Origin: Styela clava
Lineage: Eukaryota
Direction of reading: 5' to 3'
Assembly: GCF_964204865.1 (NCBI RefSeq)
Contig: NC_135250.1
Coordinates: 7,750,001 to 7,814,000, forward strand
Length of the DNA: 64,000 nucleotides
The first letter of the stretch is position 1. Every line of letters starts with the position of its first letter. The notes under the pieces are model-generated. The model did not search any database, was not told the origin of the DNA, and saw only the letters and a list, made by a program, of their open reading frames with translations. Shown one piece after another: positions 38,425 to 53,200 of the stretch. Position numbers and translations under genes: made by a program.

Positions 38425-41400
38425 CTAGTTGTTCACGCGGTGAAAACTGTGCAATTGATATTTTCTCAAAATATAAATCAATTTTAATAAAATTGTTACG
38501 TTTATGACGTCACAATAACCAAATACACTTCGCCGGACGTCCCATTGCTTGTGGCATTTTATACTACTATATTTGTTTGCCGTTTAAAGTGATTTCCAGA
38601 ATAAGTGTTAGATAAAATTAAAATAAAAAAGCAGCTTTCCACCTCATGAAACAGGATTGTTTTCGTGTACACCGTAATTGTGTGCGGGTCGCTGACGACG
38701 ATTTCGCCACTCGTTTGCCTTGCTCATAACTGTATTAGCACGGACCGCGGCAATGAAGTCCAAACAGACTTCATAATGGCGCCAAGCAAAGTGATTAGTT
38801 CTTTTCTAAGCGCCTCATAGTGTTGTGCTGGAAGCCTGCTTAGTAAATTGGTTTGCAGCTCAGGAATCGGTGGACACTTGGTTGTGTTATCATACGGACT
38901 TCAAACTGAGGTTACATGGTTTAAAAAGATCGGTAAGTTCTGAATTACGTCAGGTTTATTTGTGTTTGTTTTATGTTAATGCACTAATGTAGTATTGCGG
39001 TACAATACTTTCATATGGAAGGGCTATTCGTACACTAATGAATTGTTGTGACCTAAGTGACAGAATTTCCGTACTTCATTGGGACTGAGAATATTCTGCC
39101 AACCGTATTTTCATGTAAAACTGACCTTCGCACTATTAATGCTTTCAAATAACAAAGTGTCCACACGATCCTCATTTGCTGCAAAGCTAGACAATGTATT
39201 TTACGCTACAAGCATTTTTATTACTCAGTAAAATCACATATTTAAGCAAATTAAATGAGACGGTCAAAGAACAACACACCACAGTTGGCAGAAATATTCA
39301 TGTACAGGAACGGCACTTCGATATCGAATAAGAAACATAGGGTGTAACAAAATGAAAATGATTACGTAGTCTAATTATCGCGTTTTTAGACTTTAGTTTG
39401 GTTCTAATTTCAATGTCCGAGTCAAATTGGTATTATTTTGAGTTAAAACACGTCCAATAAATGAATATAATCTGAGATAAGCAATTGCATTTTTGAAGAT
39501 TCTTGTAAATAGCAAATACTTAATCAATAACCTTGAACGTTGTTTCGGATGTTTTTAATAAGATAGTTGTATATATAATGAAAGCGTGGATTAATGTTAA
39601 AATATTTTTGCTAAATTTTTTGTCGATATATATAAATATATATATATATGTAGAATTATATGAACTGGGATTTTGCCGTACACGTAAGATACGGTCAAAT
39701 TCCAAATGGAATGTGGAGATTCTAAATATTAAATAAATTTATCTCATAAGAGACAAACAGCATATTGTTCTGATAAGACGGTGGAAAACATGTATGTAAT
39801 CGTCACTTGACATTGGCTTGCCATCTATAAATACACATTGATTCCGTTAGACATAAATTCCGCAAAAATAATACACAAGAATTTACATATCGTCCTTATT
39901 ATATATCAGCACATTTTAATTTGCTATATTTAAGAACCTAATTGTTGAAGCATTAATAAAATTGATAGCGTCTCAGCTAATTCAACACCCCTTCATCACA
40001 AACCAATCTAGCGAAAGCTTCGTTTCTAGAAGTTATATATGCGAGTTATATATGTCAAAAAATTAGTTGATGGATAATTATATTCAAATAAAAAAAACTT
40101 GGTTAATATGTAAATGATATAAACTTTCCACCGCTAGTGCGCCCTGCTCAATGAAACGACAATACGCTTGTAAACATCGTCCAAAGAATTAACTCCTCAT
40201 GCCGCAAGGTGTCTCGCGTAATTGCCCACATAAAGAATGTGAACTTCCTGGAAAGGTTGTCGTTCGACTATTGTTATATTGGCTCGTCGAATTTTGCCTA
40301 TTACAAGAAAGATACAGCTAATCTGAATCTTACAGTGAAGAAAGTATTTAGCCTGGTTTAATCAAATTGTCTAATAAACCTGTAAAATTCTACGTCTTGT
40401 TATTTGGTTTCGGTATTTGAATCAATTTTTCTTCAAATCTTACTCTACTCAAAAAAAGGCATGAAGCAATTAGATATTAATCGCGGCTGTTGGAATAGTT
40501 TACATGAAACTATTTGCCATTGAGTAACGCTTTATTAGTTTTCGCAAGCGGGAAGCATGATCTTTTTGTCATTTTCAATGTTTCCAAAATAAACTATACC
40601 CAACCTGAGTGGATTGCATGAACCAACGTAACAGACTATGGTATATATATACTTTTATTTACATTACATATATATTCACTAAAATTCTTACACACAAACA
40701 AACACAAACACAATAAATGAACAAACTACCCTACCAATTTCTGATGTCTTAATATAAAACCTACAAATTCTTTGTTGCTGACTTAAAATACGTTGTTGAA
40801 TAAAACAAAATAATTAAATATTTAAATTCAAATTGTAGCAAACAACAACAAATTGTAAACTACATCCATAATGCAATCATAGTACGATATAATACATAAA
40901 GCAATTTCACATTTGCGAAATGGTTCAATAATAACACTGCAATAAATGCAAGCAAATGAAGACTTAGTAGTATCACAATCGTTCTTAGGAGCGATGGTGT
41001 TGTGGTTAAGGCGTTGCACTGACTACGTTGGTATCGCATGGACATTCGACAGACCACGTGAACGGGGGATCGCCAGGTAATCATACACCGTTCGGTGAGA
41101 CTAACTTGGACCAATTTAAGGGATGAAAAACCCGCGTGTTGGTGTAACTCTTCGAAATTAGCCAAATTTGGAATAGAACAATTAGCACTCTTTAGGACAG
41201 TCCAAAAATAATTTGAAACCAAATCAAAGTAAAAGACTTTCAGAGAACAAAACTATTCTACTTTGAACTAAAGGGATTGGTCTAACAATTGCAGAAAAGA
41301 AGCTGTTGTCAACAACATGAACAACAATACAGCAACACTACTGTCTGCGAGTTGTTTCTGTAAATAGTCAGATTTTCAGTATAAAAAAAGAAAAATCTCA

Positions 41401-42581
41401 AGGCTCAATTGGCCATACAGAAACATTTCACATCCAAGTAGGAACATTATCCAAACAAAGCATTTCCGTAACTAGTCAGGCTCGTCATAAGCCTCAAGGT
41501 GAAACCACCATGTCGTTGGAAACACTGTTGATTGAATGAATGTTATATGCTGGGTTTTGATATTTGAAAACATTTATTAATGATGTTCTGTTGTTGCCTT
41601 AATTTTTGGTACAAAATAAATGAAAGATTGATGAATATCGCCTAAAAATTTATGATAATTCATTCGGGAATTTTTGCGAAAATTGCTACAACACATTGTT
41701 TTTAACATACGCACCAATGTGAATCAATTGTTAAAATAAAGTACAATAATCGAATTTAGAAGATGACTGGACTTTTTATAAATAAATTAACCATTAATAA
41801 TTCTCAGATTGACGGTATTTCTTATGACCTAACCTTTGCTTTATCGGTGAGCTTGAACAACGGACTAGCCTTGGTTCGAGATCTTTAATACGAATGCGAT
41901 ACCAACATCTTATGCAAACGCACTAATCACTGAGTCATCGCGACCAAAGTTGCGACATTATTGACAGAGCATTCGGCTGCTTTCAAATTGGTAAACTTCG
42001 TAACATAGAACTATATATATATATGTGCCAAACAGGGTTAGGACTTTAAGGGTCTTTAGCTAGATGATAGATGCGTTTGCCACTACGTTAAAACAGAATT
42101 AGAATCATACCACTGTAAAGTTGAGAGGTACATGTTGAGAGGTACATCCCCCAACAATTACTACTTATATGCATCTAGAATGAATACCCACCTAACCAGA
42201 CCAGGTGTGGAGAATGGGCAAGCATTCGATTACCAGTGGGATAAATACAAAGTATAATCATAATACTACCTATATAAAATACTATCGACACAGAGTTGTA
42301 AGTCGAGCCGAGTTTATCTGTACAGGATTGGATGCGCGATTTAGTTTGAATGGAAAATGAACATAATTTTCAAATATCAAATTCAACTAATTAACATGTA
42401 TTGGAATCCCCTATAAAGATTTGTTTACATTATTAAATAATTTTACCAATCTCATTAAATTTACAATTACAACAATTTTAATTCTGGATGGCGCTTGCAA
42501 TTGTGAATTCTGGTCAAGTATATGGGTTAAAATCAGCTTGCTTACAACTCTGTGCCCCTAAATAGTCACTCACGCTCGCAC

Positions 42582-44252
42582 TCACTCAATTATAATTAAA
42601 TTTTTCTGATAATGTTTGCGATGTAAACCCAAGCATCGCGCAAATGGGAATAACAAGCATTTCAGAAACTTGCTTGCTTTCTTCCCCTTTGCTTTCTGTT
42701 GAGGATGAACACGTCGGTGGTTACGTTTTGTGTTGATTGGCTCGTTCTCCATTTTCATGGGTTTCAGTTTTGCCTCCATTGCTTCCTCTGTTCTTGCTCT
42801 CTCAAGGCTGTAAAGAATCATATATATGTGTCAGATGGAACTCTGAAACAGGACTTTACTTGATCGTAAATTGAACCACTTGTGCGTATATATGACTAGC
42901 CACTTGGCAGAAAGAACTTACACGCTGCTCTAGTCACTTATTATGTGGTGACTCTAATAAGTGTTACCAGTACTGGCGTTTAAATTTACCCGTTAGTAAA
43001 GGCAGACGGGACATACGACTTTATTATTATACATAACTCTTGATTCTACGTCGTTAAAAAACGTCGTTAATTAGAAATAAATAAACGCAAGTTAGTAATC
43101 ACCATTCGTCAATGAGTTCGTCAACCATCACGTTGAGAATTTCCGCTACGTTGCTGCAATATTCATACGACAAAAATATTTCTTCCGGATAATTCGGTAT
43201 GGGTAGGGCGACTGCTTGTGGTTTAGGATCATGAACCGATTCTTGATCAGACAATCGAAGAATGTCGTCCTCCAGTTGCAGGCTTTCCAAAGATCCTTTT
43301 TAAACAAAATATGTTCAATATAGGGCACGAAACTTGAACTTCCCAACGGTTATTTCCATTCACAAACATTAACATTTTCGTTAAAATGTAGTTCCAGACG
43401 AGCCCTCATCACCCTGGCTACAAATATGTAGGGCCGACCGGTCGGCTTTAATCTATAAATACGAGTATAGGTCATCACATTTTTTTGTTCCTATACTACG
43501 ACTCAATATTGTTTCACATTTCACTCTGCTTACTCAAACTTACTTAAATTCGGATAGCTGCGTGTTTCCATTATCGGAACAATTGCCTGATCTTGCGTCA
43601 TCACGATAGGTTCGCTAGCCATTTTCTCCATAATTTTCTGATATTCGACATGCTTCGTTTCGAACAAACCTGGGAATTTATAACTAATTTTTTAACATCT
43701 ATATTTTAAAATTCCATTACAAATTTTAAAAAAATATACTTACTCAAGATGCAAGGTGAACTTTGAGTGCTCAGCCAGCATTCCTGCTTCGGTTTTTGAA
43801 TGATTGATGGATTGAGATAGTACTCGCTTCTCCACTTTTTGGTTGTCGTTAGTGGGGAGATCTATGTAAATTAAAATAAATTGTACCATGGACATTTTAA
43901 ATAGTAGTGATACAAATATCATGCCCAAAATGAAGCGAAAATTCAGAAAGATGATATGTATTAGTATATTCGGTGCACTAATAGCGAAGAGGTTTGTTAA
44001 CGTTTACGCTATCTTAACTTCACCCTAAATACCTCTTTTCTGCAAAAAAGTAGTCTGCTGATGTACAAGATTAATGATAGGTTCATAATCTTTTGTGAGA
44101 AAGTCTCCCATATTCTTCTGTAGAAAAAAAAATCGACACAGTTATCGCATACCGCAGGCATGTGCATACTGGCATTTAAATTTCAATTAATTGCTTACCA
44201 TCATATCCCCAGAAGCTTTCACAATATTCATTCTCGACTGCATAATTGTCAT
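42582..44252 (-). CDS. Array orphan protein, copy 2 (stop-loss, 238 aa)
   Basis: Exons 44252-44199, 43861-43744, 43669-43544, 43295-43103 and 42807-42582; junction phases 0,1,1,2 are consistent. TAA>TAT adds YQKNLIIIE. Confidence 0.75.
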
Positions 44253-46064
44253 CTAGTTGTTCACGCGGTGAAAACTGTGCAATTGATATTTTCTCAAAAT
44301 ATAAATCAATTTTAATAAAATTGTTACGTTTATGACGTCACAATAACAAAATACACTTCGCCGGACGTGTCATTGCTTGTGGCATTTTATACTACTATAT
44401 TTGTTTGCCGTTTAAAGTGATTTCCAGAATAATTGTTAGATAAAATTAAAATAAAAAACGCAGCTTTCCATCTCATGAAACAGGATTGTTTTCGTGTACA
44501 CCGTATCTGTGTGCGGGTCGCTGACGACGATTTCGCCACTCGTTTGCCTTGCTCATAACTGTATTAGCACGGACCGCAGCAATGAAGTCCAAACAGACTT
44601 CATAATTGCGCCAAGCAAAGTGATTAGTTCTTTTCTAAGCGCCTCATAGTGTTGTGCTGGAAGCCTGCTTAGTAAATTGGTTTGCAGCTCAGGAACCGGT
44701 GGACACTTTGTTGTGTTATCATACGGACTTCAAACTGAGGTTACTTGGTTTAAAAAGATTGGTAAGTTCTGAATTACGTCAGGTTTATTTGTGTTTGTTT
44801 TATGTTAATGCACTAATGTAGTATTGCGGTACAATACTTTCATATGGAAGGGCTATTCGTACACTAATTAATTGTTGTGACCTAAGTGACAGAATTTCCG
44901 TACTTCATTGGGACTGAGAATATTCTGCCAACCGTATTTTCATGTAAAATTGACCTTCGCACTATTTATGCTTTCAAATAACAAAGCGTTCACACGATCC
45001 TCATTTGCTGCGAAGCTAGACAATGTATTTACGCTACAAGCATTTTTATTACTCAGTAAAATCACATATTTAAGCAAATTAAATGAGACGGTCAAAGAAC
45101 AGCACACCACAGTTGGCAGAAATATTCATGTACAGGAACGCACTTCGATATCGAAACACAGGGTGTAACAAAATGAAAATGATTAGGTGGTCTAATTATC
45201 GCGTTTTCAGACTTTAGTTTGGTTCTAATTTCAATGTCCGAATCAAATTGGAACTATTTTGAGTTAAAACACGTCCAACTGTTAACTTAAGTTGGTTAAA
45301 TTAACCCAATATGCTATGAGAGTACAATGATATCTCAGTTTACAAACATCCATGTGCATGGTATCCACAGCCATAAATATAATGACAAATACACATATCA
45401 CTGAACAAAATAAATTGAATTTAGTCCCAGCGCAAAATGAATATATTCTGAGATTGACTTTTTGAAGATTCTTGTAAATAACAAATATTAAATGAATAAC
45501 CTTGAACGTTGTTTCGGATGTTTTTAATAAGATAGTTGTATATATAATGAAAGCGTGGTTTATTGGTAAAATGTTTTTGCTAAATTTTTTTGTCGATATA
45601 TATATATATATGTAGAATTATATTAACTGGGATTTTGCCGTACACGTAAGAGACGGTCAAATTTCAAATGGAATGTGGAGATTCTAAATATTAAATAAAT
45701 TTATCTCATAAGAGACAAACAGCATATTGTTCTGATAAGACGGTGGAAAACATGTATGTAATCGTCACTTGACATTGGCTTGCCATCTATAAATACACAT
45801 TGATTCTGTTAGACATAAATTCCGCAAAAATAAGACACAAGAATTCACATATCGTCCTTATTATATATCAGCACATTTTAATTTGCTGTATTTTAGAACA
45901 TAATTGTTGAAGCATTAATAAAATTGATAGCGTCTCAGATAATCTAACACCCCTTTATCACAAAACAAGCTAGCGAAAGCTTCGTTTCTAGAAGTTATAT
46001 ATGCAAGATGTCAAAAAATTAGTTGATGGATAAATATATTTAAATAAAAAAACTTGGTTAATAT

Positions 46065-47945
46065 GTGAATGATATGAACTTTCCACCGTTAGTGCGCCCT
46101 GCTGAATGGAACGACAATACGCTTGTAAACATGGTCCAAAGAATCAACTCCTCATGCCGCAAGGTGTCTCGCGTAATTGCCCACATAAAGAATGTGAACT
46201 TCCTGGAAAGGTTGTCGTTCGACTATTGTTATATTGGCTCGTCGAATTTTGCCTATTACAAGAAAGATACAGCTAATCTGAATCTTAGAGTGAAGAAAGT
46301 ATTTAGCCTGGTTTAATCAAATTGTCTAATAAACCTGCAAAATTCTACGTCTTGTTATTTGGTTTCAGTATTTGAATCAATTTTTCTTCAAATCTCACTC
46401 TACTCAAAAAAAGGCATGAAGCAATTAGATATTAATCGCGGCTGTTGGAAGAGTTTACATGAAACTATTTGCCATTGAGTAACGCTTTATTAGTTTTCGC
46501 AAACGGGAAGCAAGTTATTTTTGTCATTTTCAATGTTTCCAAAATAAACTATACCCAACCTGAGTGGATTGCATGAACCAACGTAACAGACTATGGTATA
46601 TATATACTTTTATTTACATTACATATATATTCACTAAAATTCTTGCACACAAACAAACACAAACACAATAAATGAACAAACTACCCTACCAATTTCTGAT
46701 GTGTTAATATAAAACCTACAAATTGTTTGTTGCTGACTTAAAATACGTTGTTGAATAAAACAAAATGATTAAATATTTAAATTCAAATTGTAGCAAACAA
46801 CAACAAATTGTAAACTACATTCATAATGCATACATAGTACAATATAATACATAAAGCAATTTCACATTTGCGAAATGGTTCAATAATAACACTGCAATAA
46901 ATGCAAGCAAATGAAGACCTTGTAGTATTACAATCGTTCTTAGGAGCGATGGTGTTGTGGTTATGGCGTTGCACTGACTATGTTGGTATCGTATGGACAT
47001 TCGACAGGCCACGTGAACGGGGGATCGCCAGGTAATCATACACCGTTCGGTGAGAATAACTTGCACCAATTTGAGGGATGAAAAACCCGCGTGTTGTGTA
47101 ACTCTTCGAAATTAGCCAAATTTGGAATAGAACAATTGGCACTAATTAGGACAGTCCAAAAATAATTTGAAACCAAATCAAAGTAAAAGACTTTCAGAAA
47201 ACAAAACTATTCTACTTTGAACTAAAGGGATTGGACTAACAATTGCAGAAAAGAAGCTGTTGTCAACAACATGAACAACATTACAGCAACACTACTGTCT
47301 GCGAGTTGTTTCTGTAAATAGTCAGATTTTCAGTATAAAAAATAAAAAAATCTCAAGGCTCAATTGGCCATACAGAAACATTTCACATCCAAGTAGGAAC
47401 ATTATCCAAACAGAGCATTTCCTTAACTAGTCAGGCTCGTCACAAGCCTCAAGGTGAAACCACCATGTCGTTGGAAACACTGTTGATTGAATGAATGTTA
47501 TATGCTGGGTTTTGATATTTGAAAACAATTATTAATGATGTTCTGTTGTTGCCTTAATTTTTGGTACAAAATAAATGAAAGATTGATGAATATCGCCTAA
47601 AAATTTATGATAATTCATTCGGGAATTTTTGCGAAAATTGCTACAACACATTGTTTTTAACATACGCACCAATGTGAATCAATTGTTAAAATAAAGTACA
47701 ATAATTGAATTTAGAAGATGACTGGACTTTTTATAAATAAATTAACCATTAATAATTCTCAGATTGACGGTATTTCTTATGACCTAACCTTTGCTTTATC
47801 GGTGAGCTTGAACAACGGACTAGCCTTGGTTCGAGATCTTTAATACGAATGCGACACCAACATCTTATGCAAACGCACTAATCACTGAGTCATCGCGACC
47901 AAAGTTGCGACATCATTGACAGAGCATTCGGCTGCTTTCAAATTG
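46065..47945 (+). pseudogene. Decayed plus-strand exon-like segments in the array unit (shown for unit 3; present in every complete unit)
   Basis: ORF 46065-46316 shows several synonymous differences between copies (ATT/ATC, AAG/AAA, TTG/CTG, TTC/TTT) but TGG>TGA in most copies. AG...GT-bounded blocks at 46944-47031 and 47763-47945 (IDGISYDLTFALSV..., two internal stops). Confidence 0.3.
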
Positions 47946-48562
47946 GTAAACTCCGTAACATAGAACTATATATATATATGTGACAAACAGGGTTAAGAAT
48001 TTAAGGGTCTTTAGCTAAATGATAGATGCGTTTGCCACTACGTTTAAACAGAATTAGAATCATACCACTGTAAGTTGAGAGGTACATGTTGAGAGGTACA
48101 TCCCCCAACAATTACTACTTATATGCATCTGGAATGAATACCCACCTAACCAGACCAGGTGTGGAGAATGGGCAAGCATTCGATTACCAGTGGGATAAAT
48201 ACAAAGTATAATCCTAATACTACCTATATAAAATACTATCGACACAGAGTTGTAAGTCGAGCCGAGTTTATCTGTACAGGATTGGGTGCGCGAATTAGTT
48301 TGAATGGAAAATGAACATATTTTTCAATTATCAAATTCAACTAATTAACATGTATTGGAATTCCCTATAAAGATTTGTTTACATTATTAAATAATTTTAC
48401 CAATCTCATTAAATTTACAATTACAACAATTTTAATTCTGGATGGCGCTTGGAATTGTGAATTCTGGTCAAGTATATGGGTTAAAATCAGCTTGCTTACA
48501 ACTCTGTGCCCCTAAATAGTCACTCACGCTCGCACTCACTCAATTATAATTAAATTTTTCTG

Positions 48563-50205
48563 TTAATGTTTGCGATGTAAACCCAAACATCGCGCAAATG
48601 GGAATAACAAGCATTTCAGAAACTTGCTTGCTTTCTTCCCCTTTGCTATCTGTTGAGGATGAACACGTCGGTGGTTACGTCTTGTGTTGATTGGCTCGTT
48701 CTCCATTTTCATGGGTTTCAGTTTTGCCTCCATTGTTTCCTCTGTTCTTGCTCTCTCAAGGCTGTAAAGAATCATGTATATGTGTCAGTTGGAACTCTGA
48801 AACAGGACTTCACTTGATCGTAAATTGAACCACTTGTGCGTATATATGACTAGCCACTTGGCCAAAAGAACTTACACGCTGCTCTAGTCAATTATTATGT
48901 CGTGACTCTATTAAGTGTTACCAGTACTGGCGTTTAAATTTACCCGTTAGTAAAAGCAGACGGGACATACGACTTTCTTATTATACATAACTCTTGATTC
49001 TACGTCGTTAAAAAACGTCGTTAATTAGAAATAAATAAACACAAGTTAGTAATCACCATTCGTCAATGAGTTCGTCAACCATCACGTTGAGAATTTCCGC
49101 TACGTTGCTGCAATATTGATACGATAAAAGTATTTCTTCCGGATAATTCGGTATGGGTAGGGCGACTGCTTGTGGTTTAGGATCATGAACCGATTCTTGA
49201 TCAGACAATCCAAGAATGTCGTCCTCCAGTTGCAGGCTTTCCAAAGATCCTTTTTAACCAAAATATGTTCAATATAGGGCACGAAACTTGAACTTCCCAA
49301 CGGTTATTTCCATTCACAAACATTAACATTTTCGTTAAAATGTAGTTCCAGACGAGCCCTCAGCACCCTGGCTACAAATATGTAGGGCCGACCGGTCGGC
49401 TTTAATCTATAAATACGAGTATAGGTCATCACATTTTTTTGTTCCTAAACTACGACTCAATATTGTCTCACATTTCACTCTGCTTACTCAAACTTACTTA
49501 AATTCGGATAGCTGCGTGTTTCCATTATCGGAACAATTGCCTGATCTTGCGTCATCACGATAGGTTCGCTAACCATTTTCTCCATAATTTTCTGATATTC
49601 GACATGCTTCGTTTCGAACAAACCTGGGAATTTATAACTAATTTTTTAACATCTATATTTTAAAATTCCATTACATATTTTAAAAATATATACTTACTCA
49701 AGATGCAAGGTGAACTTTGAGTGCTCAGCCAGCATTCCTGCTTCGGTTTTTGAATGATTGATGGATTGAGATAGTACTCGCTTCTCCACTTTTTGGTTGT
49801 CGTTAGTGGTGAGATCTATGTAAATTAAAAAAAATTGTACCATGGACATTTTAAATAGTAGTGATACAAATATCATGCCCAAAATGAAGCGAAAATTCAG
49901 AAAGATGATATGTATTAGTAGATTCGGTGCACTAATAGAGAAGAGGTTTGTTAACGTTTACGCTATCTTAACTTCACCCTAAATAACTCTTCTCTACAAA
50001 AAAGTAGTCAGCTGATGTACAAGATTAATGATAGGTTCATGATCTTTTGTGAGAAAGTCTCCCATATTCTTTTGTAGAAAAAAAATCAACACAGTTATCG
50101 CATACCGCAGGCATGTGCATACTGGCATTTAAATTTCAATTAATTGCTTACCATCATATCCCCAGAAGCTTTCATAATATTCATTCTCGACTGCATAATT
50201 GTCAT
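48563..50205 (-). CDS. Array orphan protein, copy 3 (229 aa)
   Basis: Exons 50205-50152, 49815-49698, 49623-49498, 49249-49057 and 48761-48563; open frame with GT-AG junctions. Confidence 0.78.
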
Positions 50206-53200
50206 CTAGTTGTTCACGCGGTGAAAACTGTGCAATTGATATTTTCTCAAAATATAAATCAATTTTAATAAAATTGTTACGTTTATGGCGTCACAATAAC
50301 AAAATACACTTCGCCGGACGTGCCATTGCTTGTGGCAATTTATACTACTATATTTGTTTGCCGTTTAAAGTGATTTCCAGAATAAGTGTTAGATAAAATT
50401 AAAATAAAAAAAGCAGCTTTGCATCTCGTGAAACAGGATTGTTTTCGTGTACACCGTATCTGTGTGCGGGTCGCTGACGACGATTTCGCCACTCGTTTGC
50501 CTTGCTCATAACTGTATTAGCACGGTCCGCAGCAATGAAGTCCAAACAGACTTCATAATGGCGCCAAGCAAAGTGATTAGTTCTTTTCTAAGCGCCTCAT
50601 AGTGTTGTGCTGGAAGCCTGCTCAGTAAATTGGTTTGCAGCTCAGGAATCGGTGGACACTTGGTTGTGTTATCATACGGACTTCAAACTGAGGTTACATG
50701 GTTTAAAAAGATCGGTAAGTTCTGAATTACGTCAGGTTTATTTGTGTTTGTTTTATGTTAATGCACTAATGTAGTATTGCGGTACAATACTTTCATATGG
50801 AAGGGCTATTCGTACACTAATGAATTGTTGTGACCTAAGTGACAGAATTTCCGTCCTTCATTGGGACTGAGAATATTCTGCCAACCGTATTTTCATGTAA
50901 AATTGACCTTCGCACTATTTATGCTTCCAAATAACAAAGCGTTCACACGATCCTCATTTGCTGCAAAGCTAGACAATGTATTTTACGCTACAAGCATTTT
51001 TATTACTCAGTAAAATCACATATTTAAGCAAATTAAATGAGACGGTCAAAGAACAACACACCACCGTTGGCAGAAATATTCATGTACAGGAACGGCACTT
51101 CGATATCGAATAAGAAACACAGGGTGTAACAAAATGAAAATGATTAGGTGGTCTAATTATCGCGTTTTTAGACTTTAGTTTGGTTCTAATTTCAATATCC
51201 GAATCAAATTGGAATTATTTTGAGTTAAAACACGTCCAACTGTTAACTTAAGTCGGTTAAATTAACCCAATATGCTATGAGAGTACAATGATATCTCAGT
51301 TTACAAACATCCATGTGCATGGTATCCACAGCCATAAATATAATGACAAATACACATATCACTGAACAAAATAAATTGAGTTTAGTCCCAGCGCAAAATG
51401 AATATAATCTGAGATAAGCAATTGACTTTTTGAAGATTCTTGTTAATAACAAATATTAAATCAATAACCTTGAACTTTGTTTCGGATGTTTTTAATAAGA
51501 TAGTTGTATATATGATGAAAGCGTGGTTTAATGTTAAAATGTTTTTGCTAATTTTTTTTGTCGGTATATATATATATATATATATATGTAGAAATATATG
51601 AACTGGGATTTTGCCGTACACGTAAGAGACGGCCAAATTTCAAATGGAATGTGGAGATTCTAAATATTAATAGACATAAATTCCGCAAAAATAATACACA
51701 AGAATTTACATATCGTCCTTATTATATATCAGCACATTTTAATTTGCCATATTTAAGAACCTAATTGTTGAAGCATTAATAAAATTGATAGCGTCTCAGC
51801 TAATGTAACACCCCTTTATCACAAACCAATTTAGCGAAAGCTTCGTTTCTAGAAGTTATATATGCGAGTTATATATGTCAAAAAATTAGTTGATGGATAA
51901 ATATATTCAAATAAAAAAAACTTGGTTAATATGTAAATGATATAAACTTTCCACCGCTAGTGCGCCCTGCTCAATGAAACGACAATACGCTTGTAAACAT
52001 GGTCCAAAGAATCAACTCCTCATGCCGCAAGGTGTCTCGCGTAATTGCCCACATAAAAAATGTGAACTTCCTGGAAAGGCTGTCGTTCGACTATTGTTAT
52101 ATTGGCTCGTCGAATTTTGCCTATTACAAGAAAGATACAGCTAATCTGAATCTTACAGTGAAGAAAGTATTTAGCCTGGTTTAATCAAATTGTCTAATAA
52201 ACCTGTAAAATTCTACGTCATGTTATTTGGTTTCAGTATTTGAATAATTTTTCTTCAAATCTTACTCTACTCAAAAAAAGGCATGAAGCAATTAGATATT
52301 AATCGCGGCTGTTGGAATAGTTTACATGAAACTATTTGCCATTGAGTAACGCTTTATTAGTTTTCGCAAGCTGGAAGCATGATCTTTTTGTCATTTTCAA
52401 TGTTTTCAAAATAAACTATACCCAACCTGAGTGGATTGCATGAACCAACGTAACAGACTATGGTATATATATACTTTTATTTACATTACATATATATTCA
52501 CTAAAATTCTTACACACAAACAAACACAAACACAATAAATGAACAAACTACCCCACCAATTTCTAATGTGTTAATATAAAACCTACAAATTGTTTGTTGC
52601 TGACTTAAAATACGTTGTTGAATAAAACAAAATAATTAAATATTTAAATTCAAATTGTAGCAAACAACAACAAATTGTAAACTACATCCATAATGCAATC
52701 ATAGTACGATATAATACATAAAGCAATTTCACATTTGCGAAATGGTTCAATAATAACACTGCAATAAATGCAAGCAAATGAAGACATAGTAGTATTACAA
52801 TCGTTCTTAGGAGCGATGGTGTTGTGGTTATGGCGTTGCACTGACCACGTTGGTATCGTATGGACATTCGACAGGGCACGTTAACGGGGGATCGCCAGGT
52901 AATCATACAACGTTCGGTGAGAATAACTTGCACCAATTTGAGGGATGAAAAACCCGCGTGTTGGTGTAACTCTTCGAAATTAGCCAAATTTGGAATAGAA
53001 CAATTGGCACTAGTTAGGACATTCCAAAAATAATTTGAAACCAAATCAAAGTAAAAGACTTTCAGAAAACAAAACTATTCTACTTTGAACTAAAGGGATT
53101 GGTCTAACAATTGCAGAAAAGAAGCTGTTGTCAACAACATGAACAACATTACAGCAACACTACTGTCTGCGAGTTGTTTCTGTAAATAGTCAGATTTTCA

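Noticed and set aside
40860-41222. 120-aa minus-strand ORF MVSNYFW... in the array
   Set aside because: Non-ATG start, disrupted in units 1 and 3, no recognisable motif and no supporting splice chain.
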